From contig DATKCZ010000002.1 of assembly GCA_035512955.1 (NCBI GenBank), forward strand, positions 22,242-86,241: a stretch of DNA of 64,000 nt. The letters run 5' to 3'. The DNA comes from Acidimicrobiia bacterium (lineage in GTDB: Bacteria; Actinomycetota; Acidimicrobiia; Spongiisociales; ZC4RG35). Below the pieces are notes generated by a model. That model saw only the letters and a program-made list of their open reading frames with translations. It was not told the origin of the DNA and did no database searches. A program made the translations under genes and the position numbers. This document shows positions 1-9,108 of this stretch, in pieces. The number at the start of each line of letters is the position of its first letter. Positions within the stretch are counted from its first letter, which is position 1.

Positions 1-884
1 GCATCGTGATCAACCCCGGGGCGCTGACCCACACCTCCCGGGCGATTGGGGATGCGATAAGGGCGGTGGGGACACCGGTGGTCGAGGTCCACATCTCGGA
101 CATCCGCGCCCGCCAGCCCTGGAGGGCGGAGTCGCTGATCGCCGACGCCTGTGTCAACAGCATCTATGGACGTGGGGTCAACGGGTACCGCGACGCCCTG
201 CGTCATCTCGCCAACCGGTCGGCGATGCAGTTCGAGACCGTCCGTTACGGACCACACGTGGACAACGTCGGTGACTTGCGCACCGGCGGCGGGGATCTGG
301 TGGTGCTGGCCCACGGAGGGCTCTGGCGTCATCGCTTCGCTCGGGACACCACCGAGTCGCTGGCTGTCGATCTGGCCCGCCGCGGTTTCGACACCTGGAA
401 CGTGGAGTATCGGCGGATAGGGGCGGGAGGCGGCTGGCCAGCCTCGGGACACGATGTCCTCATGGCACTCGATTTCATCCCCCAACTGGGCCGCGACCCC
501 AACCGGGTGCTGGGAGTGGGCCACTCGGCAGGGGCGCACCTGCTGATGTGGGCGGCGCAAAGATCGCTCACCCCGGTGGCCCTCCACCTGGCGTTGGGGC
601 CACTCCTCGACCTGCGCACCGCGGTCGACAGCGGAGACGTCGGTGCCGAAGAGTGCTCGGAGATGCTCCACCAAGGTGCGCCCGCGGTGATGACACCGGG
701 GCATGTCGAGACGGTCCTTGTCCATGGCGAGGCCGACCAGATCGTCCCCGCCGAACGTTCGGTGACTTACCGCGACGCTCAGGGTCTCGAGCTCCACCAA
801 TCCGATTGTGACCACTTCTCGCTGCTCGACCCGACAAAGAAGGAATGGGCATGGGTGATCGATCGGATAGGTTCTCCGGAGTGA
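1..884 (+). CDS. aroQ: Type II 3-dehydroquinate dehydratase (5' end outside window) fused in-frame to an alpha/beta-hydrolase (arylformamidase/esterase-like) domain
   Basis: The frame is open from the window edge (track ORF 6..884). IVINPGALTHTS and VEVHISDIRAR are dehydroquinase-II motifs. There is no stop before a hydrolase domain carrying HGGLW, GHSAGAHL, HGEADQIVP and CDHFS. Confidence 0.8.
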   Translation, partial: IVINPGALTHTSRAIGDAIRAVGTPVVEVHISDIRARQPWRAESLIADACVNSIYGRGVNGYRDALRHLANRSAMQFETVRYGPHVDNVGDLRTGGGDLVVLAHGGLWRHRFARDTTESLAVDLARRGFDTWNVEYRRIGAGGGWPASGHDVLMALDFIPQLGRDPNRVLGVGHSAGAHLLMWAAQRSLTPVALHLALGPLLDLRTAVDSGDVGAEECSEMLHQGAPAVMTPGHVETVLVHGEADQIVPAERSVTYRDAQGLELHQSDCDHFSLLDPTKKEWAWVIDRIGSPE

Positions 885-2020
885 GCACCCACGCCGAGCG
901 ATTGCGCAGCCGCGGCGGACTCAAATGGACCTTCTACGAAGAGGACGTCCTCCCCGCCTGGGTCGCCGAGATGGACTTCGGGCCTGCCCCCGCGGTCAGA
1001 CGCGCCCTGCACGAGGCGGTCGACAACGGTCTCACCGGCTACCCCTACCCTGAGGCCGAACATGCCCTGGCTGCGGCTGCGGTCGAATTCTGGGCCGACT
1101 GGCTCGACTGGAAGGTAGAGCCTTCGTGGGTCTTCCCGGCGCCAGATGTGATCGCCGGCATCGGTAGGGCGATCGAGCATCTCACCCGTCCCGGGTCACC
1201 GGTGGTGCTGCACACACCGGTCTACTTCCCGTTCTTCTCGATGGTGGAGCAGGCCGGCCGCGACATCATCGAAGTTCGCTGCCAACCCGATGACGAGGGG
1301 CGCTACACCCTGAACCTCGCCGGGATCGATCGAGCCCTCGACGACGGTGCCGGCTCGGTGGTGCTCTGCAACCCGTGGAACCCGACTGGGCGTTGTCTCA
1401 CCGAGTCGGAGCTGACCGAGCTGTTGGAGGTGGCCGAGCGCCACGACGCCCGGGTGATCTCCGACGAGATCCATGCCCCGATCACCTACTCCGGGGTCCG
1501 CCACGTCCCGCTGTCCACCCTCGACGCCGAGCGCACGGTGACGGTCGCCGCCGCCTCCAAGGCCTGGGACCTCCCCGGTCTCAAGTGCGCCCAGGTGGTC
1601 CTCACCAACGGGAGCGACCGGGAGACGTGGGAGCGAGACTTCGCCCCCCACCAGGTGGGGGTGGGCACCTTTGGCCTGCTGGCGGGGACCGCCGCCTACT
1701 CGGACGGCGTCGCCTGGTTCGAACAGACCCTGAGGACCCTGGAGTCGAACCGGGACCTGTTGGGGTCGCTCGTTCGAGAGCAAATCCCCGGGGCGGTCTT
1801 CTCCCCACCGGAAGCCACCTATCTCGCCTGGCTCGACATGTCGGGGTACGGCGTTGCGGACCCAGCGGAATACCTCCTCGAGCGGGCGCGGGTGGCTCTC
1901 ACCGGCGGCGGCCCATTCGGCACAGGGGCGTCACAGCATGTTCGGCTGAACTTCGCCACCGAACCGGCGATCCTGACGACGATCGTGGAGCGCATGGGCC
2001 GGGCGCTGACCGAGATCTAG
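845..2020 (+). CDS. PLP-dependent C-S lyase / class I-II aminotransferase, PatB/MalY type
   Basis: 391-aa ORF. The N-terminus GGLKWTFYEEDVLPAWVAEMDF and the length are typical of the PatB/MalY subgroup. An in-frame GTG at 881 would give a GTGA start-stop overlap with the upstream stop (882-884), so the start is uncertain. Confidence 0.8.
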   Translation: MGMGDRSDRFSGVSTHAERLRSRGGLKWTFYEEDVLPAWVAEMDFGPAPAVRRALHEAVDNGLTGYPYPEAEHALAAAAVEFWADWLDWKVEPSWVFPAPDVIAGIGRAIEHLTRPGSPVVLHTPVYFPFFSMVEQAGRDIIEVRCQPDDEGRYTLNLAGIDRALDDGAGSVVLCNPWNPTGRCLTESELTELLEVAERHDARVISDEIHAPITYSGVRHVPLSTLDAERTVTVAAASKAWDLPGLKCAQVVLTNGSDRETWERDFAPHQVGVGTFGLLAGTAAYSDGVAWFEQTLRTLESNRDLLGSLVREQIPGAVFSPPEATYLAWLDMSGYGVADPAEYLLERARVALTGGGPFGTGASQHVRLNFATEPAILTTIVERMGRALTEI

Positions 2021-2120
2021 GCCATCGCGTCTTGTGAGTTCCCCGTGCATTGTTTTCCACAGTTCGTTAGGGTTGCGTACCTCGGGTGTGGGCTCACGAC
2101 CCACATGGAGTCAATTCTGA

Positions 2121-2726
2121 ATGCGTTCGAGACGTCTCTCATTTGTCGCTGGATGGGCCGCTGTCGCCCTGCTCGCCATCGCCGGCTTTGCCGCGTTCGG
2201 CACACCTGACACCGACCCCGAGAACCTTCAGGCAGAGGCCGCTGCCGCCTCGATCGGACACACCGCCGGGGCTTATGCCGGGCTGACCTTCACGTTGATG
2301 GGCGAGGAGGCCACTGCCGCGGTCGTCGTCGCCGAGGACTCGGTCTCGCCGGCCGCCGAGGACCAAAGCGAGCCGGAGGACGCAGCCGCCGTCGATTCAC
2401 CGGCGTCATCGGGGACCATTGCGTCGTCGGCTTCTGGATGGCTCTCCGAAGTCGAGGTGAGGGCGCTGGTCAGCCTCTACTTCGAGCCGACCGACATCAA
2501 CCGGGCGGTCCGTATCGCCTGGTGTGAGTCCCGGTTCGACCCCAATGCGATCGATCTGCGCACCGGAGGCGTCGGCCTGTTCAATCATCTGCCCCGCTAT
2601 TGGGACGAGCGGGCCACCAACGCCGGGTTCCCCGGTGTGGACGCCACCGATGCGGAGGCCTCAACCGCCGCCGCGGCTTGGGAGGTCTACAACGGGGCCG
2701 GGTGGGAGATCTTCAACTGCCGATAA
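2121..2726 (+). CDS. Secreted lysozyme-like (SLT-type) transglycosylase domain protein
   Basis: Signal/TM-like N-terminus RRLSFVAGWAAVALLAIAGFAAF, an Ala/Glu-rich linker, and a C-terminal domain with the catalytic-Glu motif AWCESRFDPNAID. Confidence 0.7.
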   Translation: MRSRRLSFVAGWAAVALLAIAGFAAFGTPDTDPENLQAEAAAASIGHTAGAYAGLTFTLMGEEATAAVVVAEDSVSPAAEDQSEPEDAAAVDSPASSGTIASSASGWLSEVEVRALVSLYFEPTDINRAVRIAWCESRFDPNAIDLRTGGVGLFNHLPRYWDERATNAGFPGVDATDAEASTAAAAWEVYNGAGWEIFNCR

Positions 2727-2782
2727 CCGTTCTGTGAGGGTTAGTGACGCGTGACCCGTCATAGATCCGCACAGAATGGTTA
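2724..2782. terminator. Inverted repeat spanning both stop codons of a convergent gene pair (possible bidirectional terminator)
   Basis: TAACCGTTCTGTG (2724-2736) pairs with CACAGAATGGTTA (2770-2782), 13-nt arms with one mismatch. A nested GGGT..ACCC pairing sits in the loop. There is no U-tract. Confidence 0.35.
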
Positions 2783-5700
2783 TCTGAAGTCTCTCGACTG
2801 GACGGTCTGCACCCCGATCGGCTCGAAGTCCCTGGCGACGATGTTGGTGACCCCGTCGTAGAACTCGAGACGGCCGTGGATGATCAGGGCGGGGCTCTTT
2901 CGCACCACATGACGATGCCGGGCCCAGACGTCGGGGAGCACCACGATGTTCAACAGACCGGTCTCGTCCTCGAGGTTGAGGAAGTAGACGCCCTTGGCGG
3001 TTCCCGGCCGCTGACGGTGGGTGATCACCCCCGCCACCTTGACTCTGGCCTGGTTGCGACCCACCTCCAGGGTCTCGGCCGCGGTGAGACACCCCTCCAA
3101 CCGGTCACGGACGAAGCTCATCGGGTGACGCGACGACACCGACGTTGCCCACAGGTCGGCACGGTGCACCTCCTCATCGCTCATCCCCGGCAGGGCGGGG
3201 GCCTCGACCCCCGGAGAGAGGGCCAGCCGCCCGGGGTCTATCTCGGCCAATGCCCCCGCCGCCCACATCCCCTCACGGCGCCCCAACCCGATCGACTCCA
3301 GGGCGCCGGCACCGGCCAAACCCTCCAACGCGTCGACATCGAGACCGGTGCGAAACGCCAGGTCCTCGGGTGAGCCGAACCCGCCGCCGAGGATACGGGC
3401 GGCCTCGATCCGGGTCACCTCTCTCTCCCCCAGGTTCCTCACATACCGCAGACCCATCCGGACCCCCACCGCGGGCCGGATCGGGTCATCGACTTGGCCT
3501 CTCCCCCTCCGCCATCTCTGGCCCAGATAGGCGACCACGTCATCGGGGTCGGCACTGATCGGCTCGACCGTGCAGTCGTGCCAGGAGACGTTGACGTCGG
3601 AGCCGAGCACCACCACCCCGTGACGCTGCGCATCCTGGACGAGTGAGTTGGGGCTGTAAAAGCCCATCGGCTGGGCATTCAAGAGACCCGCCAGGTACTC
3701 GGCGGGATAGTGAAACCGCAACCAGGCCGACATGTAGACGATGTAGGCGAAGCTCACCGAGTGGCTCTCGGGGAAGCCGAAGCTGGCAAAACCCTGCAGC
3801 TTCTCCCAGATCTCGTCGGCGGCGGCATCGACGATGCCGTTGCAGGCCATCCCGGCATAGACCTCCTCCCGGAGCCTGGCCATCGCCTCCTCGGAGCGTT
3901 TGTGGGTCATGGCCTGACGAAGCCGGTCGGCCTGTGACCCGTCGAACCCGGCGCAGATGCGGGCAAGCTCCATGAGTTGCTCTTGGAAGATGGGCACACC
4001 CAGGGTCTTTTCCAGGATCTCCTCGGTGGACGGGTGGGGATAGCGGATCGGCTCCTCGCCGTTGCGCCGTCGCAGGTAGGGGTGGACCGACTGACCCTGG
4101 ATCGGCCCGGGGCGGATCAGGGCGACCTCCACGGCCAGGTCGTAGAAGGTCTTCGGCTTCATCTTGGGCAGCGTCGCCATCTGGGCACGGGACTCGATCT
4201 GGAACAACCCGACGGTGTCGGCGCGGGTCATCGACTCGTAAATGGCCGGCTCCTGTGGGATACGCGCCAGGTCGATGTCCACCCCGTGGGTGTCCTCGAT
4301 GAGGTCGGTGGCGAGGTGGAGGGCGTTGAGCATCCCGAGACCGAGCAGATCGAATTTGACGATACCGACCGCCGCCGAGTCGTCTTTGTCCCATTGGATG
4401 ACGGTCCTCCCCTCCATCCTCCCCCATTCCAGAGGCACCACCTGCCAGAGGGGGCGGTCGGCGATCACCATCCCACCGGAGTGGATGCCCAGATGCCGGG
4501 GGAAGCCGTCGAGACGCCAGCAGATGTCGTAGATCATCTCGGCGGTCATCCCCTCCGGGAGTGCGGTGTCCATCTCCCGCAACTGCGCAGGGTCGTGGGT
4601 GTCGACGTACTTCGACAGACCGTCCACCTGGGCCTGGGTGAACCCAAAGGTCTTGGCCACGTCCCGGAGCACGGAACGGGCCCGATAGGTGATCACATTG
4701 GCCACCATCGCGGCCCGCTCCCGCCCGTAACGGCGATAGCAGTACTGGATCACCTCTTCACGACGGTCGGCCTCGAAGTCGACGTCGATATCGGGGGGTC
4801 TGCCCCGCTCCTCGGAGAGAAACCGCTCGAAGGGAAGATGGAGCCTGATCGGGTCGACCCGGGTCAGCCCGATGCAGCGGCACACCGCCGAGTCGGCGCC
4901 CGACCCCCTGATCTGACAGTAGATGTCTTGCTCTCTGGCAAAGTCGACCAGGTCTTTGACCACCAGGAAGTACCCGGGAAACCCCAGTCTCTCGATGATG
5001 TCCAACTCATGGGACAGACGACGACGTGCGGCCGGCTCGATACCGTCATCCGAGCCCGGATAGACCCCCCTCGCCCCCTCCCAGGTGAGATGTCGCAGAT
5101 AGTCCATCTCGTCACGGAAATGTCCCGGCATGGGGAAGTCGGGAAGCCGCGGGGCGACCAGACCGAGGTCGAATGCGAGACGACGCCCCAGCTCGGCGCT
5201 GCGGGCAACTGCACCCGGATAGCGGGCAAGACGCCACTCCATCTCCTTGGGGTGCTTCAAGTAGCGCTCGTCGGAGGCGGGTCGAAACCCGTCGGCCTCG
5301 GCCAGTGTCCTCCGTCCACCAATGGCGGCCAGCACCTCGGAGAGATAGGCATCGGCCCTGTCGTGATAGTGGACCTGGTTGGTGGCGACCGGGGACAGGG
5401 CCAGCTTCTGGCTGACCTCCCACATCAAGTCGTTGCGAGCGTCGTCCTCGGGCATGCCGTGGTGCCACATCTCGATGTGGAGACGCGGGCCGAATATCTC
5501 ACGGAGACGTGATGCCTCCCCAATGACCGCCCCGAGGTCATGGGCAGCGGCGGCCTTGGGCACCGCACCCGAGTGACATCCCGTCAGTGCATGCACGTCG
5601 TGGTTGGTGGCCGCCACCGCCAGATCGTCCCAGGTGTAGACGGGGTGGTCCTTCTCCCCGCGCAACTGGGCCTGGGTGACCAGACGGGACAGGGTCCGAT

Positions 5701-6100
5701 AGCCATCCGGTGATCCGGCGAGCAGCACCAGGTGGTCGGACTCGGGTAGGGCGGTCGGTTTCACCCCATGAGCACGGACCGAGCGCCCTCGTCTCAGCCG
5801 ACCCAGGCTCGCCTTGACCCGGGCGTAGCGTCTCCGGTCCCATTCCTCGGCTTTGGAGACCGGGTCGGCGGCTCCCCCCGGATCGACCTCCAGGGCGATC
5901 TCGACCCCATAGATCACAGGAAGCCCCGTTGCCCTGGCCGCCTGCCACAGCCGGGAGGTCCCGTAGAACCCGTCGTGGTCGGTTATCGCAAGGGCGTCAT
6001 ACCCGAGGTCGAGCGCTCGCTGGACTAAGTCTTCGGGGTGGGATGCACCGTCGAGGAAAGAGAAGTTGGTGTGACAGTGGAGCTCGGCGTATCTGGACAC
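2780..6100 (-). CDS. dnaE2: Error-prone DNA polymerase III alpha-like subunit DnaE2
   Basis: 1106-aa ORF with the PHP-domain N-terminus YAELHCHTNFSFLDGASHPEDLV. The size is typical of DnaE2. The GTG start at 6100 lies 13 nt downstream of a LexA box. Confidence 0.92.
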   Translation of the reverse strand: MSRYAELHCHTNFSFLDGASHPEDLVQRALDLGYDALAITDHDGFYGTSRLWQAARATGLPVIYGVEIALEVDPGGAADPVSKAEEWDRRRYARVKASLGRLRRGRSVRAHGVKPTALPESDHLVLLAGSPDGYRTLSRLVTQAQLRGEKDHPVYTWDDLAVAATNHDVHALTGCHSGAVPKAAAAHDLGAVIGEASRLREIFGPRLHIEMWHHGMPEDDARNDLMWEVSQKLALSPVATNQVHYHDRADAYLSEVLAAIGGRRTLAEADGFRPASDERYLKHPKEMEWRLARYPGAVARSAELGRRLAFDLGLVAPRLPDFPMPGHFRDEMDYLRHLTWEGARGVYPGSDDGIEPAARRRLSHELDIIERLGFPGYFLVVKDLVDFAREQDIYCQIRGSGADSAVCRCIGLTRVDPIRLHLPFERFLSEERGRPPDIDVDFEADRREEVIQYCYRRYGRERAAMVANVITYRARSVLRDVAKTFGFTQAQVDGLSKYVDTHDPAQLREMDTALPEGMTAEMIYDICWRLDGFPRHLGIHSGGMVIADRPLWQVVPLEWGRMEGRTVIQWDKDDSAAVGIVKFDLLGLGMLNALHLATDLIEDTHGVDIDLARIPQEPAIYESMTRADTVGLFQIESRAQMATLPKMKPKTFYDLAVEVALIRPGPIQGQSVHPYLRRRNGEEPIRYPHPSTEEILEKTLGVPIFQEQLMELARICAGFDGSQADRLRQAMTHKRSEEAMARLREEVYAGMACNGIVDAAADEIWEKLQGFASFGFPESHSVSFAYIVYMSAWLRFHYPAEYLAGLLNAQPMGFYSPNSLVQDAQRHGVVVLGSDVNVSWHDCTVEPISADPDDVVAYLGQRWRRGRGQVDDPIRPAVGVRMGLRYVRNLGEREVTRIEAARILGGGFGSPEDLAFRTGLDVDALEGLAGAGALESIGLGRREGMWAAGALAEIDPGRLALSPGVEAPALPGMSDEEVHRADLWATSVSSRHPMSFVRDRLEGCLTAAETLEVGRNQARVKVAGVITHRQRPGTAKGVYFLNLEDETGLLNIVVLPDVWARHRHVVRKSPALIIHGRLEFYDGVTNIVARDFEPIGVQTVQSRDFR

Positions 6101-6106
6101 CGGTCC

Positions 6107-6128
6107 ACTATATCGAACAGATGTTCGA
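6107..6128 (-). promoter_or_regulatory. LexA (SOS) box TCGAACATCTGTTCGA plus adjacent -10-like TATAGT for dnaE2
   Basis: 6113-6128 is a perfect match to the actinobacterial consensus TCGAAC-N4-GTTCGA. On the minus strand it is followed directly by TATAGT (6112-6107), which ends 6 nt before the GTG at 6100. Confidence 0.8.
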
Positions 6129-6133
6129 GTGGT

Positions 6134-7009
6134 TCAGCCCCCACCCAGTGAGAAGTGCATCCAGTCCTTGAGCGTGTTCCAGTTGCCGCCCCAATCCCAA
6201 CCGATCTCGGCGAAGCCCCGGGTCACCACATCACCATCGACGATCATCCCCGGCCTCACCTCATCCCTGTCGAGGTAGGAGCCGGCCAGCTCGGGCAGCA
6301 CGAGACCGTCTTTCAGATATGGGTTGTGGAAGGGGTTGAGGTCGATGGCCAGCCCATAGGCATGGTACGACCACGACGTGGACCCCACTGCGGGACGGCA
6401 GACGAACGAAGTGGTGTCGTTCCAGTCACCTGTGGGCGGGGCGTCTATCTCCTCGGCGGTGATGACCCTCATCTGCTCGATGGGGAAGCGGGCCTCGAAC
6501 AACTGTCGAAAGACCTCGACCACGTCCTCGGAAACCGCGGCGTTGACGATCATCTCCCCGGTGTGCAGCTCGCCGTCGAAACCGAGGTGACTCATGGTCA
6601 GATAGGCCAGATCGTCCACCGTCACCGGGCACTCCTCGGTCCAGCTCGAGCGTGCCAGCACATCGGGCGGGATCGACGCGATCGAGGCCTCGAATGCGGA
6701 TCCCTCGGACGGGGGCAGGTGGTCGATGGTCTCCAGCCGGCGATCCACCAGCTCGGGCGGGGTGGGTTGCGCATCGCCGTGCCCGTCGGGGCGGAGCGGG
6801 AGAGGCCGGGTCCCCAGCCAGTCGGGCCGGGCATGGGGGCTGGCCGTCGTGGTGGTCGTGGCGAGAGTGGTCGTCGTGGCCAGGGTCGTGGTCACCGCGG
6901 CCAGGGTGGAGGTGGTGCTGCTCATAGGCTCCGAGTTCGAACTGGTCGGCCCGGCCGCCGATGAGGAGCAAGCTGCGAGCACAACCAGGAGGGCAGACCA
7001 GCGTCGCAT
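6134..7009 (-). CDS. M15-family (VanY/D-Ala-D-Ala carboxypeptidase-like) peptidase, lipoprotein
   Basis: The C-terminal motifs YHAYGLAIDLNP and GWDWGGNW..DWMHFS are typical of peptidase M15. MRRWSALLVVLAAC is a canonical lipobox signal if the start is ATG 7009. The track ORF extends to 7084. A Thr-rich linker follows the signal. Confidence 0.75.
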   Translation of the reverse strand: MRRWSALLVVLAACSSSAAGPTSSNSEPMSSTTSTLAAVTTTLATTTTLATTTTTASPHARPDWLGTRPLPLRPDGHGDAQPTPPELVDRRLETIDHLPPSEGSAFEASIASIPPDVLARSSWTEECPVTVDDLAYLTMSHLGFDGELHTGEMIVNAAVSEDVVEVFRQLFEARFPIEQMRVITAEEIDAPPTGDWNDTTSFVCRPAVGSTSWSYHAYGLAIDLNPFHNPYLKDGLVLPELAGSYLDRDEVRPGMIVDGDVVTRGFAEIGWDWGGNWNTLKDWMHFSLGGG

Positions 7010-7074
7010 GGGCCGACGATATGACCGGGGTGCCACTAGTTGATTCCGGCCGCTCCCGCCCCCACACTCCCGGG

Positions 7075-8190
7075 GTGACCACACTCAGGGGAGGCCGTCT
7101 CGTCGCCGACACCGATCTCGAGCCCGCCGAGCTCCATTTCGAGCGAGGGCTCATCACCGAGACCGCCGGCGACACCGAGGTGATCGACGTCGACGGGCTC
7201 ATCGTCGCCCCCGGTCTCATCGACATCCAGATCAACGGCGCCTTCGGACATGACTTCACCCACGATCCCACGACGATATGGGAGGTGGGTGAGCGTCTCC
7301 CCGAGCTGGGCGTGACCAGCTTCGTCCCCACGGTGGTCACCTCCCCCGGCGAAGTCACCGATCTCGCCATCGAGGTCGTCGCCCACCGAAGGCCCGATCG
7401 CTATCGGGGCGCCGCGGTGCTGGGGCTGCATTTCGAGGGCCCGTGGATCTCGCCGGAGATGAATGGCGCGCACAACCTGGGTCACATCGTCGCCCCCGAC
7501 GCCGACGTGGCCCGCCGATGGGTCGGCAACGGCATGGTGCGCATCGTGACCTTGGCCCCGGAGCTACCTGGCGCCGACGCGGTGGCACAGATTCTGCACG
7601 ACGGGGGCGTCGTGGTGTCCCTCGGGCACAGCGCAGCCGGGTTCGACACCGCGAGAAGGGCTCTCGCCGGGCCGGTATCGCTGGTCACCCATCTCTTCAA
7701 TCAAATGACCCCATTCGGTCACCGGGATCCCGGGGCCGTGGGCGCCGCCCTGGTCTCGGACCGCCATTCCGCGCTGGTAGCGGACGGCATCCACGTCGCC
7801 CCCGCCACCCTCGCGGTGGCATGGATGGCGCTTGGCCCGGATCGCACCATCCTGGTGAGCGATGCCATGGCCGCCCTCGGCCTTGGCCCCGGCGTCTATG
7901 CCTTCGGTGCCGGTCCGATCACGGTCGGTGACGAAGGGCCGCGCACCGCCGAAGGCCGTCTGGCAGGAAGCGTGCTCACCCTCCCTCAGGCGGCGATGAA
8001 CCTGGCCACCTGGACCTCGGCGAGCCTGGTCGAATCCCTGCACTGTGTGTCGAGGAACCCTGCCCGGCTTCTCGGTCTCACCGACCGGGGTGCGCTCGAC
8101 ACCGGTCGACGGGCCGACCTGGCACTGCTGAATGACCGTTTCGAGGTGATCATGACGTTTGTCGGTGGGAGGATGCGCAGCAAAGGATGA
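7075..8190 (+). CDS. nagA: N-acetylglucosamine-6-phosphate deacetylase
   Basis: APGLIDIQINGAFGHDF, LHFEGPWISPE and HLFNQM are NagA amidohydrolase motifs. The start is placed at in-frame GTG 7075. The track ORF opens at 6961, and an alternative ATG lies at 7021. Confidence 0.85.
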   Translation: MTTLRGGRLVADTDLEPAELHFERGLITETAGDTEVIDVDGLIVAPGLIDIQINGAFGHDFTHDPTTIWEVGERLPELGVTSFVPTVVTSPGEVTDLAIEVVAHRRPDRYRGAAVLGLHFEGPWISPEMNGAHNLGHIVAPDADVARRWVGNGMVRIVTLAPELPGADAVAQILHDGGVVVSLGHSAAGFDTARRALAGPVSLVTHLFNQMTPFGHRDPGAVGAALVSDRHSALVADGIHVAPATLAVAWMALGPDRTILVSDAMAALGLGPGVYAFGAGPITVGDEGPRTAEGRLAGSVLTLPQAAMNLATWTSASLVESLHCVSRNPARLLGLTDRGALDTGRRADLALLNDRFEVIMTFVGGRMRSKG

Positions 8191-8218
8191 CGGCCTGTCC
8201 CCGGCTAGCTTCGGGCAC

Positions 8219-9085
8219 ATGCAGGATGTCGCGCTCCCCGTTCCTCATGGTCTGGCCAATGTCTGGCACCGCCCCCCGGTCGATGACGCCTCCACGGCGG
8301 TCCTGGTCCACGGGTTGTCGGGGAACTCCCGGTGGTGGACGAGAGTCATCGACCACCTGCCCGCCGGGCTGGGGCTGATCGTGCCCGACGTGAGGGGCCG
8401 GGGCGGGAGCGTCGATGCGCCACCTCCATACGATCTCGCCACACTCGCCGACGACATCAGCCGGAGCCTCGATCACTTCGAGGTCGACACCGCAATCGTC
8501 GCCGGCTACTCGATGGGTGCATGGATCGCGGCTCTCTTCGGTCTGCACCACCCCGAGCGCGCCGAGAGACTGGTCCTGGTCGATGGGGGTCTCCCCTTGC
8601 CCCGCGACCCTTCCATGGAGGTAGATGAGCTCATCGACTCCCTGGTGGGGCCGGCGCTTGCCAGGCTCGAGCTCGAATTCGACACCGAAGAGGACTTCTA
8701 CGACCACTGGCGGGGCCATCCCGCTCTGACGAGGCATTGGGAAGACTCGATGCGGGCCGCGCTCGGGCACGAGCTCCGGGCCGGGGAGGACCCCGGTCTC
8801 AGGGTGGTGGCCAACCGGGATGCGATCCGAGTCGGCGCACGTGAGCTCGCCGTCGACCCGATCGCCAACGAGGCGGCGGTCCAGGGCGGGGTCCCGGCTC
8901 ATCTGATCGTCGTGGAGCGGGGAACACTCGACCAGCCGGGGGGGATGGTCCCTCTCGATGCTGCCAATGAAACGGCCAGGGCGAGAGCGGACTTCACGAT
9001 GGAGTACCTTTCCGGGGTCAATCACTACACCTTGCTGCTCGGCGACGGGGCCTCCGCCGTGGCCGCCGCGATCAGCCCGGTGTAG
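8219..9085 (+). CDS. Alpha/beta hydrolase fold protein
   Basis: VLVHGLSGNSRWW and the nucleophile elbow GYSMGAW. ATG 8219 follows the nagA stop. The track ORF starts at 8159. Confidence 0.75.
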   Translation: MQDVALPVPHGLANVWHRPPVDDASTAVLVHGLSGNSRWWTRVIDHLPAGLGLIVPDVRGRGGSVDAPPPYDLATLADDISRSLDHFEVDTAIVAGYSMGAWIAALFGLHHPERAERLVLVDGGLPLPRDPSMEVDELIDSLVGPALARLELEFDTEEDFYDHWRGHPALTRHWEDSMRAALGHELRAGEDPGLRVVANRDAIRVGARELAVDPIANEAAVQGGVPAHLIVVERGTLDQPGGMVPLDAANETARARADFTMEYLSGVNHYTLLLGDGASAVAAAISPV

Positions 9086-9108
9086 CTACGGTTTCGCCGA
9101 ACAGAGCC

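Noticed and set aside
2021-2120. Possible c-di-AMP (ydaO-type) riboswitch, since these often precede actinobacterial cell-wall hydrolase genes
   Set aside because: Only 100 nt are available. I could not find the conserved ACGGGG/CCGA-type pseudo-symmetric elements, and the region looks like a plain AT-richer promoter/SD region. A covariance-model scan would settle it.
3977-5512. 511-aa ORF antisense to dnaE2. Similar long antisense ORFs occur at 16008-17327, 20407-21714, 25764-26756, 42392-43801 and 28277-29380.
   Set aside because: All are nested opposite confidently identified genes, are compositionally biased, and lack motifs. I treat them as non-coding.
6495-6510. Third SOS-like site TCGAACAACTGTCGAA inside the M15 peptidase gene
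   Set aside because: The right half-site is GTCGAA rather than GTTCGA, which breaks the palindrome. The site is intragenic and far from any start.
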